A stretch of 53,970 nucleotides of DNA, filler included, from Sphacelaria rigidula (lineage: Eukaryota), in NCBI GenBank assembly GCA_964200075.2. It is 4 parts of 4 records of this genome, joined end to end, with 100 filler letters (N's around TTAATTAATTAA, not from the genome) between each part and the next. Parts side by side here need not be neighbours in the genome. Positions count along the whole stretch, not along the records: positions 1 to 13,419 come from CAXNAA020002892.1; positions 13,520 to 26,938 come from CAXNAA020002893.1; 2 more parts are not named here. One strand, 5' to 3'. Below are positions 12,967-25,419 of this stretch, one piece after another; the stretch's first letter is position 1, and each line of letters begins with the position of its first letter. Under the pieces are notes generated by a model, which was not told the DNA's origin, did not search any database, and was given only the letters and a program-made list of their open reading frames with translations. The translations under genes and the position numbers were made by a program.

Positions 12967-13419
12967 CAGGCTCGCACTCAATCACCAAGCGCAAAGCGCC
13001 GTGGTGTATTCGGCGAGTTGCATGAAGGGTGAGCTGCATCCCGCTAAGACTGTTCGGCCCAAACCGTACTGATTATCTTGTATTTGGATGACAGCTTGCA
13101 ATGAGTTGCTTCATATTCTGGTATCGCCACTTCCAGAGACAGCCACGGCTTATACACTGCTTCCTGGGTGTCTCACCATAGACCAACTACGTAATACGAC
13201 CATCCCTTTTGTGCGGAGTTGAGGCTTTCCCACGCCGCACAACATGATCTAGCTTGACTACCATCATGGTTACCGGGAACAAAAACGCACGCGCGCGCAA
13301 ACAAACGGTAACCTGGTTGCCTAGCTTTCGCAGTGAGTGACGTGTTTTACAGCGTCATCGTCAACCGACGCCAACCCCATCGGGGGTCCGCCCTTACAAA
13401 GCCGGGACGGAGGATAGGG

Positions 13420-13519
13420 NNNNNNNNNNNNNNNNNNNNNNNNNNNNNNNNNNNNNNNNNNNNTTAATTAATTAANNNNNNNNNNNNNNNNNNNNNNNNN
13501 NNNNNNNNNNNNNNNNNNN
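13420..13519. other. Artificial contig-joining spacer (N44-TTAATTAATTAA-N44)
   Basis: Exactly 100 bp with a central TTAATTAATTAA (stops in all six frames); identical spacers at 26939-27038 and 40456-40555. Confidence 0.97.
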
Positions 13520-13731
13520 TTACTCCATAATGATGAGTAGCGCTCTGTACTGAAAGTAATATCGAAGGCGTTGCGAGGTATCGAGTATGAACTGCCGTGG
13601 GTCGGGGCTGGTGAGATGAGGCGCTGGGGCAGGTAGGTTTATTCATCTGCACACGCTATTTTTATTTTTTCATGGCCATCGTTCGCCCATGCGTTCAACA
13701 TTGTAAAGTGACGTCACGAAGTCGCCGACGG

Positions 13732-14168
13732 TCAGGGGTACTCTATACTCGAGTATTACTGAGAGTGGTTACTCAATATTTGAGTAGAGTATTTGAGGTC
13801 GTACTCGATCTACTCAAAAGTTGAGTAGAGTATTTGAGGCCGTACTCGACGTACCTAAAATTTGAGTAGAGTATCTGAGGCCGTACTCAAAGTACTCAAA
13901 TTTTGAGTAGAGTATTGGGGTCATACTCAAGTGATACTCTATACTCGAGTATTGCTGAGAGTGCTTACTCAATATTTGAATAGAGTATTTGAGGTCGTAC
14001 TCGACGTACTCAAAATTTGAGGCGAGCATTGGAGGCTGTACTCGACGTAATAAAAAATTGAGTAGTATTCAAGGCCGCACTCGACCTACGCAAACGTCGA
14101 GTAGAGTAAATACTCGAGTATTTTACTCGAGTACTCGAAAGCACATACTCTACTCGACCTACCCTTGA
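13732..14168. repeat. Array of ~41-bp TACTC/GAGTA-rich units with short inverted ends
   Basis: Unit TACTCAAAA(G/T)TTGAGTAGAGTATTTGAGG(C/T)CGTACTCGACG with 41-bp period (e.g. 13811, 13852); a ~70-bp block is duplicated at 13739 and 13935; ends TCAGGGGTA and TACCCTTGA. Confidence 0.85.
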
Positions 14169-14467
14169 TAATTTTGGCCTTACTCACCACACGCGTGTGC
14201 TGGCTGAGCTGTACTCTCTTGTGCAGATGACGTACACCACGGGTGCTGGGATTAAATTGAACGGCAACTCTAGAAGTCTCAGTCTTTGTTTTTTTTTTTG
14301 CCCTGTTTCACGTTCTTCATTTTTCATTCCCTCTTCTAGTTCTCTCTCCGCCCCTCTACCGTGTCTCTTTGTGTTCTCTTCGCCTGTCTTCTCCTGTTTT
14401 GGTTACTTTCACTCTTCATTTTAAATTTTAATCGTATTTCGTCTTCCGGGGTCACTGGGTGAGATAG

Positions 14468-17400
14468 GCGTGGGGAGTCCTGGAAGCGGAGGAGGAGAAC
14501 TACAGCTTGGCCGCTGAACTATTCCGAGCGGGGTTGGAGCAACGACCCGACAACACCTACATATTGCAGGTAAAGCCATATACACATGATGCCATTTTAT
14601 TGAAAAAATATCATTCCATCTGTCGGAGTGTTTTGTTCACGTTTTTCCATACATTTTTTTCAACTTTTTTTCCCTCTTTTTTCGAGTTGTAGCGAGGGTT
14701 GACATTTTTTCACCTCCTTATTATTTTATTTCTTGCATCTTTGGCCTTTTTCGAATATTCTTGAGCCAGTGACACCGTTTGGGTATGTCCAATCTTGTTA
14801 CCATGTTACGACGTCTGGACTCCTTCAGGATCAGTTAATATGCGACCACCGATCAATCAAATAATCATTAATCCATCGAGCATCAACCAATCAACCTTTG
14901 CGGCAACGGTCAGATTTTTGATGGATCAATTCTTACGAAACTATCAACCGACCAACCAATCTAATCGACATTCCAGTCATGCTGCCGTTCGTCTCCGAGC
15001 ATGGTGTATTCTTGAGAGCATCGTGCAGGGCTGCAGTGCTGTGGTACAGGGCGTGCGGTGATATTTTGAAGATGCCCTCGACAATCGGGTTCATATTTCT
15101 GTTGGATATACAATATGTCGGGACTGGAGAAGTGAGCCTCGTGCCGTGAGATGATGTCCCGTCCCATGTCACTCTCACGAGAAGTACAAATTCCGTACCG
15201 TAGGGTAAGGCGAGCCTACGTCTGTGACCACGGGCTCGCGAGATAGGACTAATGTGCGAAAATAATAATAATGAAAGAGCCTCGTCCCGTCCCCACGGGG
15301 GGGGGCGTGGCACGGGACAAATGTTTGTATCGTGGAGAGGGCTGAACAGGATGTCCCGTGACACGGCCAGAAAAGGTCACACCCCTCCCGTACGTGGTGG
15401 TACGGAATGTGCTGTCGCGCCTCGGCAGACGAGTCTTTTTTTCTTTCCTGTTCCGGTTTCTGCGGTCCGGCAATATCAGGATGTACGTGAATGGACAAGA
15501 ATATTTGAGAATTATGGTGAAGGTGGTATGAAGGGGTTCTAGTCGTTGATTCAGTGCTCGACATGAAGGTGGGAAGCAAGGACAATGAGAGGAATCGGTT
15601 TATAGTATATCTTGATTCATATCCATGTGTTCACTGTTTTTTACTTTCAGGTGTGTATGGTTGTTATTATTTTCATTCTCAATATCATTCTCAATATCAT
15701 TTTTGGGTTTTGCCTTCATTATTTTTTCATTACTTAAATTCTAAAAATTAATCTTCGTTTCATTTCTATTCTACAGTACGTATTTGTGGGTACGTCCCTT
15801 TCGAGCGAGAAACAGACTGCAAACAAGTGTATGCCTCATATGGTCTAGGACTCGATCACCTTTACATTTTTTTTTTGCCTCCCGTCTGGATCGCAAGATA
15901 AGTGATCACTGATGACTGAAAAATGACCGTACACGGATATGCGCAGGCGTGGGCGCTGATGGAGGCCAAGCGTGGCGATACGGCGCAGGCTATTAGCCTG
16001 TTGAAGAAGGCGCTCATCGCCAAGCCTAAAGATGGAGCGGTGTGGCAAGCGTACGCTCTGCTCCTCAAGGTTAGTTTTATGCTCTCAAAAGGTGCTTGGC
16101 GGCAGGCAGCGGGTAGTATATCATACCCCAGGTTCCCTGCATGAAGACAAGTTGTACTTTTTTTCATTTCTATCCTCTACTCTCTTTTTTGTTCCTTTTA
16201 CTCTCATCCACACGTCTGTCTCGCTCAGACATACTCGTTATTTGTTCCATGTTTTTTTTTTCTCATTCCCCCGTCCCCCTTTTTTCTCCCGAGTTTCCTT
16301 CCCTTTCAGCGAGTGCTCCTGGTTATTTTCCTTGGGTACGCACGCCTATATTGTGATCAGTACAGTGTTGAGAGTATGTTACCGAAGTTGGAGCACACGG
16401 TGTTGTATGTACACGGCTTTCGAGAGGGTGGTACGATTTGATCGCGAGTCGGAACGATCGAGCTGATACTTCTTGGAGCTGCCCGGAAAACAGTTTCTCA
16501 GGGGATCTATCTCACCACAGTGCGAGGACTTGCCAGCCCTGGATGATCGCACTATGATGGAACCCCGCACTGTACGGGTACCACACTAGACTGGTAAAGC
16601 ACTATATTGACACCGCACTGTACTGGTACGGCGCTATACTGCTGCCGCACTGTACTGGTACGGCGCTATACTGCTGCCGCACTGTACTGGTACCGTACTG
16701 ACGGTCAAAAGACAAGGCCAGCCAGCACCAACATCGCGGTCTCGATCTGACAGGGGTCTGTTTCCCTACTCTTCGTGGTGTGGGGCGGGAAAACGTTATT
16801 TCGCAATATATCACACCCTGGACAATATATGGTCAATAAATGCAATAGACGAGAAGTGTACTGCGTAAAGTATAGGCTTATTGCAACAATTGCCGGCCGA
16901 CAATAGTCGCAATGGGCCTATACTCTATACAGTACGTCTCTCGTCAATTGCAACTATTGATAATATATTGTCTGAGGTGTGCAATATATATATGGATGTA
17001 AGGTCGACGCGCTGCTGAAGTGGTCATCGTATAATGCTCAAGAATTAATTGCAAGGCAGGTAGGTCTACATGAACATGGGCACCGCGCCCCCTTGGCGTA
17101 GTTGTACGACTTACTCCATAACGTCGGGAGAGTGCTTGTATTATTCCCGCCAGATGTTTCTAGTGTGGCTTTCCCTCTCACGAGTACAGTATCTGATCTC
17201 TGTCGCTAAAACCTTGGGGACATGAGGACATGTGATGGGTAACAATGAAGCGTTTGTCTTGACTGGGTTTACGGCAGGAAAGTGCTGTAGGTCATTATCC
17301 AATCCCCGATGCCAAAATGTACGGCGGCGTGTAGCGGGGGAGATATGTTTTCATCTCTCGACATCATCGACTGCTCCCGCGGAAGGGCAAAGGGTTTTGG

Positions 17401-20400
17401 GTGAGACCAAGAAAAAATTTGAGACGTGTGTACCACAGCAGAGATGGGTTAACTGATTCGTTGAGACCACGGGCTTTGTTCCAAGGAGGGGTTAGGTTGA
17501 AAATGTGACGGGAGAAAAGAAGGAAAAATGCCGACGTACATGTCTATACATATGTTTGTATTTGTGTGTTTGCTTCTGCCGCCCTGTTTCAGGATATGGG
17601 GGATTTGGCCGGAGCCAGGGCCTTGTTCGAGCGAGGAACAATCCAAGCACCCAAGCACTGTCCGACGTGGCAAGCGTGGGGGATGATGGAATGGCAGCTG
17701 GGCAACGTGCAGCGCGCGAGGTAAACACACAGTACTCGTCTCTCCCTCGATCGGAAAAACAAACAGACATATGATGGACCTGTACTAGAGGATAGGTATT
17801 TGTGTACAGTACTGTGGGACTGAAATAGCTCTCATGAGGTCGACAGGCTGCCGCAGTGGTCATCATCCAGTTCTCAAGGATGAAATTGCAAGGCAGGTAC
17901 CGGGGGAAGGATACCTTGGACACTCGAAACCGCCGATTGGTGGCGAGGAAGCGTCGACAAAACAAAGCGGGGAAGGTTGGGGAGTTACCGCCAGGTGCCT
18001 GTTTTCGCTTGTCGCTCACATGTCACTCACACGCTGTTATCTGATGCTCCGTGTTCACCCTGGGCAATATTGTGGAGAACACGTTCCTGATGTTCTCAAC
18101 TTGCATCCCCTTTACAACGTCCACGAGAAGTCATTCACCACGATCAACAGTCTGGTTCCCACGAGAGGCTCACCCTCTGCATCCCAAGCATCCTGTGTGT
18201 GCGTGTGCTCCTCAGTGCATTCACGGATAAAAATCGACCCGACACATGTAGATCACGAGCTTGGTCTTCCTCCCGGTGGTCGGTCTTTTCCGTGGGAGCA
18301 TAATGTTCTTGAATGTGCTTGACTTGATTATTTTGATTTTTTGTCGCACATTCGCTGACTCGCTACGAATCATTATCCACTCGTGGTTTAAGATGGACGT
18401 GCGTAACGTCGGGTAAATAATGGAACTACATGAATAAAAAATGCTCGATATAATGAACTCATGAGAATAAAGAATATCGAAAATAGGGAGGACGGGGAAA
18501 GTAGATGGAGTAGAACGGACACGGAAGTCAGGCGAGCAGAGCCACCGCCGGGTCCCGAGAAAAACCTTCGACGTGGCCTGTAGATGCCGGGATCGACACA
18601 ACACGTACGCGCCATACATGAAACATGTTCCAGAACGGTGTACCAATGACGGTGTATCATGTTCCATTCCCGTGTTCTGTTTCGTCCCGGGCTGTGTGAG
18701 GCCAGTGATCAAACCGTAGACACGAACAGTATGGTGAATGACTTCATTTTTTTTCTTCTGTATGTGTACATGTGTTTTATTTATTTATTTTATTTCACGC
18801 AGGGAGCTGTTCCAGGATGGCGTGTGGCAATCTCCCAAAGGACCGTTCGTGGTGCGGATATTGCAGGCACGCGCTATCCTCGAAGCATCGGAGGGCAACT
18901 TTGATGACGCTCGCAAGTATTTCGGGTGAGCATCACGGTAGGAGTATGCTGATGCATAGCCCGAGATATTGAACGAAGAACGGTCCCCCGTAGAGCAGGT
19001 TCGAAATTTATTTCTTCGCCTCCCTCCGTCGGACGCTGTTCCATTCTCAACTCTTTTCACGCTGAAGGATTATCGCGCATGTAATGCCTGCTTGTATCTG
19101 TGGCTTTGTCCTATTTCTCGTCAAGGTTCGCGTTAGCTAGAGACCCGTACTCTATGCCCTCAATGGTGGCATGGGCTTTGATGGAGGAAAAACTGGGAGA
19201 CATCGGGAGGGCTCGACAGCTGTACGAGATCGCGGCTCACACGGAACCTTCGAATCCCAACATTTGGGAGGTGAGGGGATAAACAGAAAACGCCCGTGAT
19301 ATTTTTACGATCTTTTTACGTGTTTTGATCCGATCCGCTCATGTGTGCCACAAACGCATGCGGGTTCGCTTGTGGCGTGTGTGTGTGTGTGTGTGTTTCG
19401 AGTTGGCTGCTCCGTAGAGTGAGCCTTGTTATTGTCTGTGCCCTCAGAGTCGCCAGCGCATTCGATTGTGGAAACGATTGAATCGGAAGCGAAGCTGGCA
19501 GAGCGGGCGAAAGTGTAAATCCAGGACTTGATTTTTTGTGTGCCTGATGCAGGAACGCGGATGTGGCGACTACGGCGTCAGATGTATGATGTCTCGCATG
19601 AGATTTGGTCATCCTCTCCACTGTCGGTGGCTGTTGAAATGTAAGCCATGTATCACACCATGGACGTCACGTGTGAATATATTCCCTCTGTCCCGTAAGT
19701 CTGGGAACTTGTGGGCATTTGATCGTTTGGGTGTTCAAACGTGACGATCATCCTATAGTTAGGTTCGTTAGGAAGATAAATTGCAAACGAAGCTGATGAA
19801 AAGAAAAGAAAAAGTTATCTACACTAAAATAGTGTCCAAATATACCCATCCTGACCCTTTTTGATCCATTTATACCCCATCATTGATCAATTTTGGACGT
19901 TTTCACGTCGAGCACTAGCAACTATCATGCTAACAAAATGTTGGATGGAGCGTGCGTAGGTTAACTTCACGGGTGTGTCCAAAATCAACGATGGCTTCGC
20001 GATTTGCACAGTTTCCGGCCCATTTTCCGCGATTTTTCCTGCTTCCGGGTCTCTCATGCTTTCCTGGGAAAACGAGCGAAAAATGGCCGTTTTTGGATCG
20101 ACCTACTTTTTCTCGGCGGCGCGGCTGCATGGATCAAGTACCCACGTTGTAGAAACAATGTTGGTTTTAGCTAAAAAAACGCCGACGAATGCAAGAAGAT
20201 CGAAAATCAAATATCACACCGTCAAGGGCTCGTACAACCATAAGTTCCCAGTCTTTTGGGACAGAGGAAGTATCAGAACAAGCAGGCTACCCTAGGTGAC
20301 GATCCATGGTACGACCACCCGCCCCTCTTCGAAAAACACCCCTGGGTGCTGTGGTCTTTTTACGCCATGTCGGTATCTTTGCTCATGGACTCCGCTCTCT

Positions 20401-22317
20401 CGTCGTTGCTCTGTGTACTGTTTGTAACATGTGCTTTTGACGATTTTCCCGACGCAGATTTACGAGCAGGTGGAAGCGAGATGGGGTTTTTACGCAGAGG
20501 CGCAGGCGGTGCATGACCGCGGAGTTGCGGCTCTCTCCGCCGCCGCTTCGTCAATGAACAACCCCGGTCCCAACGGGTGGTGGGACAAGAGCGTGGTGCC
20601 GCGAAGTGAGTTGCGGTTGGTCCGCTGTCGGGGTGTTTATTTTCTGGGGGCGCGTGTGCGGGTCATAATCCGTCATCTGTTCCATAACAAAAATTGTGTG
20701 TGTGTGTTTGGCAAATCTACTTGCATGGCACGGGGGATTCTTCATGCTGTCTATGTGTCAGTGCACGGGAAAATATCGCGGAAAATCAGACCTTGAAGCT
20801 CCCGAGTTTAAAAAAGCGAGCGATATTTGACCCGTGGACTAGGTAGCCCACCACGGTCGGCCGCGCTGCGGTGCGTTTCCACGGGAGTATCGTGGATATC
20901 TGGCATCACAGGCCGATGTCACGAGGGTCTTGAGTAATTTGGGCGAGCGGTGCTTCGGATGCTGCTTCGTAGTATGTCTTTTAAGAATATGAGGAACGAT
21001 GTGGATCCTCTGAGCGCGCGCAGATGAAAAACCGTTGCTTGACTCGTGACCGATTGCCGCACATTACCAGTCATTATCTAATCCTGGAGGAATCCAGGCG
21101 AGATCATGACCATGAAATTGATGTACCCAAGGAACTAAACGAACAAGGCGGAGACACTCTCCATTGGTGAAGGAAGCCCAAGAACGGGGAAAGATTGAAG
21201 AGAAAGATCAGAAGATGAAGCAAAAATGAGGAACAAAGCAAAAGGAAACCAGACAAGAAAAACGCAAAGAAACATGGATCACGAAACAAGAAGAAAAGAG
21301 GGAAAATACGAAGAGCGCTCAAATAGAATCAATATTGGGCAGTAGTTTATCCGAAAAACATGATTCCGATTCAAGGGATGAATCCACGCCCTGTCAGATT
21401 CAAGGAGTCGAGCCTGGAATGTGTGAAACAGTGTGGGGTTCGATACAGGTTACTTCTCGAACGACCGATTGCAGCTGTGTGGCTCGCTGTTTACATTTTT
21501 TCAGCATGCAAGCGGCACAAAAGCCGTGCAGGTTCCAGTGATGCCGTGAGGGTGTTCTGGCACGCACTTTTGCAATACTAAAATAGGGCCAAACCGTCTG
21601 TGAACTTGGTGGGAATAGTTGGTGGATTGTCGGACATGCAGTGATCGGTTAAAAATCTAGCTGTGGCCGAAAAATAGATTTGGTCGAGGTGGATGGATAC
21701 ACGGGTAAGGGTCACTGAAGGAAATTGGAGTGTAGGGGGACAAGGAAAGACGAGGGAGTCGCTGGTGATACATGCCTTGGCTACGTAGAACGACGGGAAG
21801 GAGGTGGGAAGAAGCGGCGGCAACTGCACATGGTCAAGTTTTTCAGCTTCAGCTTTGGTGACTCGTTTATGTCCGTCGCACGCGCTGCTTGTCCCTGTGG
21901 ATGCCAGCGTGGGTTGTCCGAGTCATTTTCCCAGCGGAGAACATGAGGTTATGCCTATCCGACAAATTACCCGTCCTGATGATCAAGGGGATGTTCCACT
22001 AGAAATAATTCCGAGCAACCTACAAATAAAATAATCCGCTGCTTTTTCTTTAACGTACGAACAGTCGAAATTTTCATTTCGTCGCCTTCTTTCCCTGCAT
22101 GCGTGTCGTCTGCTTTTGCTCTTTCGTCTTTTCATGTGCCGGTATGGTAGGCGGATCCCTGATCGATGAAGCGTCCCGCTCGCTGACCACCTCGAGCGCC
22201 GAGATGGCACTGCGAGTTAGCAGGATCATAGGGGGTGTTCAGTGGGCGAGCGACTACATGACGTTCAGCGCTATCAACAGTAGCCGACCCGGGGGCGAAG
22301 TGGCCTTCGAGAAGTAA
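14468..22317 (+). CDS. HAT/TPR-repeat RNA-binding protein, Mbb1/HCF107-like (plastid psbB/psbH mRNA maturation factor family), 5'-partial, 7 exons
   Basis: Phase-compatible GT-AG exons 14468-14569, 15947-16069, 17593-17720, 18803-18925, 19126-19270, 20458-20605, 22151-22317 (stop TAA; 311 aa). Repeated HAT motifs AWGVLEAEEEN, AWALMEAKRGD, TWQAWGMMEWQLGNVQRARELF, AWALMEEKLGDIGRARQLYE. Confidence 0.85.
16613..16693 (+). repeat. 32-bp tandem repeat (about 2.5 copies) inside a dispersed repeat
   Basis: CCGCACTGTACTGGTACGGCGCTATACTGCTG repeated; adjacent 16515-16605 is homologous to the reverse complement of about 49040-49120. Confidence 0.85.
16806..16990. repeat. Intronic long inverted repeat (foldback), about 85-bp arms
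   Basis: Arm CACACCCTGGACAATATAT...ATAGGCTTATTGCAACAATTG pairs at roughly 75-80% with CAATAGTCGCAATGGGCCTAT...ATATATTGTCTGAGGTGTG around a short CCGGCCGA loop. Confidence 0.85.
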
Positions 22318-23175
22318 CACTCTGGACATTTTTAGGGGAGTTGCGATATAGTTGGCAGACCTTATTTCCCTTGAATTAGTGGAGTGAGTGCCGCATAGTT
22401 GGCACGGCCGCGTCTCCATTTTGACAATTTTTTGGTTGACTCGCCGTGCATTTCTCGTATCGTGGTGGTGACAGGGGCGGTTTAGGAAACTTGTCTTTAG
22501 TCGACAAACGTGGTAGGGCAAACCTGATACAAACGAAAACCAGCGATAGCAGACCAAAAGTAGCTGACGAATACGCCCATTTTCTCTAGTACGGGTGCAG
22601 AGGCTGTTCTGGAGGTCGAGTGGGGGGGAGGGGTCGGAGGCAGTGTGGACTCTCTTGGCTTGCAGGGTTTCGTCGGCAGAAGCGTGTTGTTCTGTATTGT
22701 GCTGGGCGCGACGTTCGATTCGCACTGGCCGCCGTGCGGGTTGGCTTCGGAAAAACCTCAAGCTTGTTTATTCACGCATACACGATGAAAAAATCCATTG
22801 CATGGGCATGGAAATCAGCAGCGGGGTTACGTATGAAAAATGTGGGTCCTATTTGTAGATAAGCTCAAGGCGTGTATCGATGAGTTGACTCTCTCAAAAC
22901 CCCTGGGATGATTCGGTTCCGAATTTTTGGCTGCTGATAGTCTCTCTAGTTTCTGGAGGATGATTTTTGTGGGCGCTCGATGGAGGCCGGGAGCACATGT
23001 TCGCTGGTCAGGCGTTGCGCAAAAAATAGAATTGACCGACGTGCATGCAGAAGAATTTCACCGTGCATGGTTGAGCGGGGCGGATGCACCATTTTTGGCC
23101 CTCTGCCCATCACTCAGCCGTGACTATTCTCGGGCTCAGGAGTGTTCGGGCAATGTGTACCCCCGGACACCTCTG

Positions 23176-23242
23176 TGTGGTTAATGGTCAAACGACTAAG
23201 GCAAGCAACAAATGAGTACGCCCCCCCCCCCCCCCCCCCCCC
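23176..23242 (+). mobile_element. Very short 3' fragment of the LINE family seen at 458-1280
   Basis: GTGGTTAATGGTCAAACGACTAAGGCAAGCAACAAATGAGTACG followed by a run of 22 C. Confidence 0.8.
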
Positions 23243-23359
23243 GCAGGAATTGGTGAGGGTAAAAAGCTCACAGCTGCGATCCCATCCGCGTTGCCCGTGC
23301 GTGCGTCGACATGTGCTCAACAGCTGGCTCTCGGGGATGAGAGGTAATTTTGAACGAAC

Positions 23360-23849
23360 CTTGGGCAGGAAATGAAGAAGGCAACCATCATCATGGGCCC
23401 GAACCGCGCCTACAGGACGCATGCCCCGCAGTGAGAGACTGCACCACGTCCTTCAGCTGTTCAGCACCACCAGCTCTTTGTGTTGATTACATGCGTGTAT
23501 GGCTTTTGGCGCGATGATTCCACTTGCCTGTCGTCCTGAGAAGACAAGAAACGTTCTGGTCGTGACTTGACCACGAATTTGAGAAGACAAAAACGAGGGG
23601 GTCATTCATCCCCCAATCCTCTGGTTTCAACCAAGGCCTCATCTGGTCGCCGATGCTCCACACATTAGGCGGCGCGGTATGATTTAGTTGCGCTGTAATG
23701 TACTGCATCTGCTCGTTCTTAACGGAGACAAAATCAATGAGGTATCTTCGAAAATAGGGTTCAACATCGCCGTGGGGTTCAACCTGCTTTCCAATATTCG
23801 ACATTTCTACCGGAGCAGTTTGGAGAACACTGGTAATTTCGCATTGTAC
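23360..23849 (-). CDS. Exons of an unidentified protein (convergent with the HAT gene)
   Basis: Exon 23849-23528 (107 codons, VQCEITSVLQ...WLKPEDWGMNDPLVFVFSNSW...; CAG acceptor, AG|GCAAGT donor) joins in phase to an exon starting 23409 (AVRAHDDGCLLHFLPK). No family recognised. Confidence 0.45.
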
Positions 23850-25419
23850 CTGTGTTGAAAGCCAAGGAGTTGTGGCTAGGAGCACCCATTTTGATGCCAT
23901 GTACTCGTGGGTCGATGGCCATCTCCCCTGAGGGGCAATGGCGGAGAGGAATAATCTCCCCATCCGTGCCCTTTGTGTGTCATCGTTCGGTGGTCAACAA
24001 GGGATTTTACAAATTGGGGATGGATTTTTCATCAGAGGTAACTCAAACTCCGCTCCCTGTATCCTGGTTTGTTTTGTCGTATTTTTTCACGTGAAAGTGA
24101 TCGCGATTCATCAGATGATGAGACCCTTTCACCGCCAGGTCAGGTCCTCCTATGAATTGCGGTCACGTGAACTTGAAAAAATAGTACACCACTCAGCGCC
24201 AGTACCGGGAGATAAGTCGTGGCTCTACTCCCCAATATAGGTTCAGCCGTTTTAATGGAAGTTAGACGCCGCGTTCACTCAAGGTCACGAAGAATGCAGG
24301 CGCTGATATCCCCACAACAAGAAAGTGTTTTCGATGCTTCTTTTTGGTCAATTACTGGTACCGCTCTTTGTATCGCCGCACTATAATAAGACTCGGAATC
24401 ACAATCAAACCAAACCGTCAGCCAAAATCAAGGAGGGATGTGGAAAAGGAGTGAAACGCGGGGGTGGGCGCCGAAAAATACTTCTGTCCTCACCTTTGTG
24501 TCCCTTCATCCCTTCTATCGTACTTGACCACCTAACCTGTGATGATATTGACTCTACAATAACCCACTCTTCAGCCCCCGAGTACAGTCAACAGCTAGTT
24601 TACTCTGCACGTAGTCCGATACATGACACAAGGACAGAGCCTGTTTCTTGAATCTACCCTTCAACATACCCCAACTGCTCTGACCTTTCGATCCGGAAGA
24701 CAAGTTTTTCTTTACTCATATGACTTCAACATCGAATACGTCAGCGCGCTTATAGCCTGTAGCTAGAATAATGCTTGCGTAGGCTTCACACACCACAATA
24801 CAATCTCTTTACTCCGGGGCAAGGATTATTTTATCATGTTTTACCCCGATTCCCCGATACATACGCCCATATTTTCAAACTAAAACTGGTTCAGTTCAAA
24901 ACCATGAAGTCTCTGAGAGCTCAGCTCACCATACCAGCGAATAAAACAGGATACCGGGAGCCGAGTTTGAGATACCTCTACAGGCTGGTTCATGGTGATC
25001 ACCCGAAATTGTGTCATCAGCAAATAAATGTCTTCCGCAATACGCACCCAATAGTCGCATATATGGTATCATGCTGACCGCAATGAAGAGACGAAGAGGG
25101 TGACAGCCGGATTTTTATCTAAAAGGCCGTAGCGGTGGCGGTATGGACGAAAATGTGTCTCAGCCAATCAGCGCCCTTCAAACTGCTCCGAGATGTAAAT
25201 CACGAATACCAAGCCCAATTTTCACCCAATCTGTACATGCTTCACATCACAGTAACCGCCATCGACACGGATATCTAACGAGAAAATCAAATTGTTAAAA
25301 CGGTTATTACGGGGGTCGAATTATACCCGAAACCATGATGTCTCGGTGATGTCGGGTGTTGGCGTCCGTCATCTAATTTCCACTTATTATTATGATAATA
25401 TGTTGTAGAAAAGCTCAGA

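Noticed and set aside
13732..14168. CRISPR-like array (also considered for 52635-53075)
   Set aside because: Tandem units lack unique spacers, context is eukaryotic and no cas genes are present.
11952..14468. Divergent gene pair or shared promoter between the receptor gene and the HAT gene
   Set aside because: Separated by an artificial spacer; both genes lack their 5' ends.
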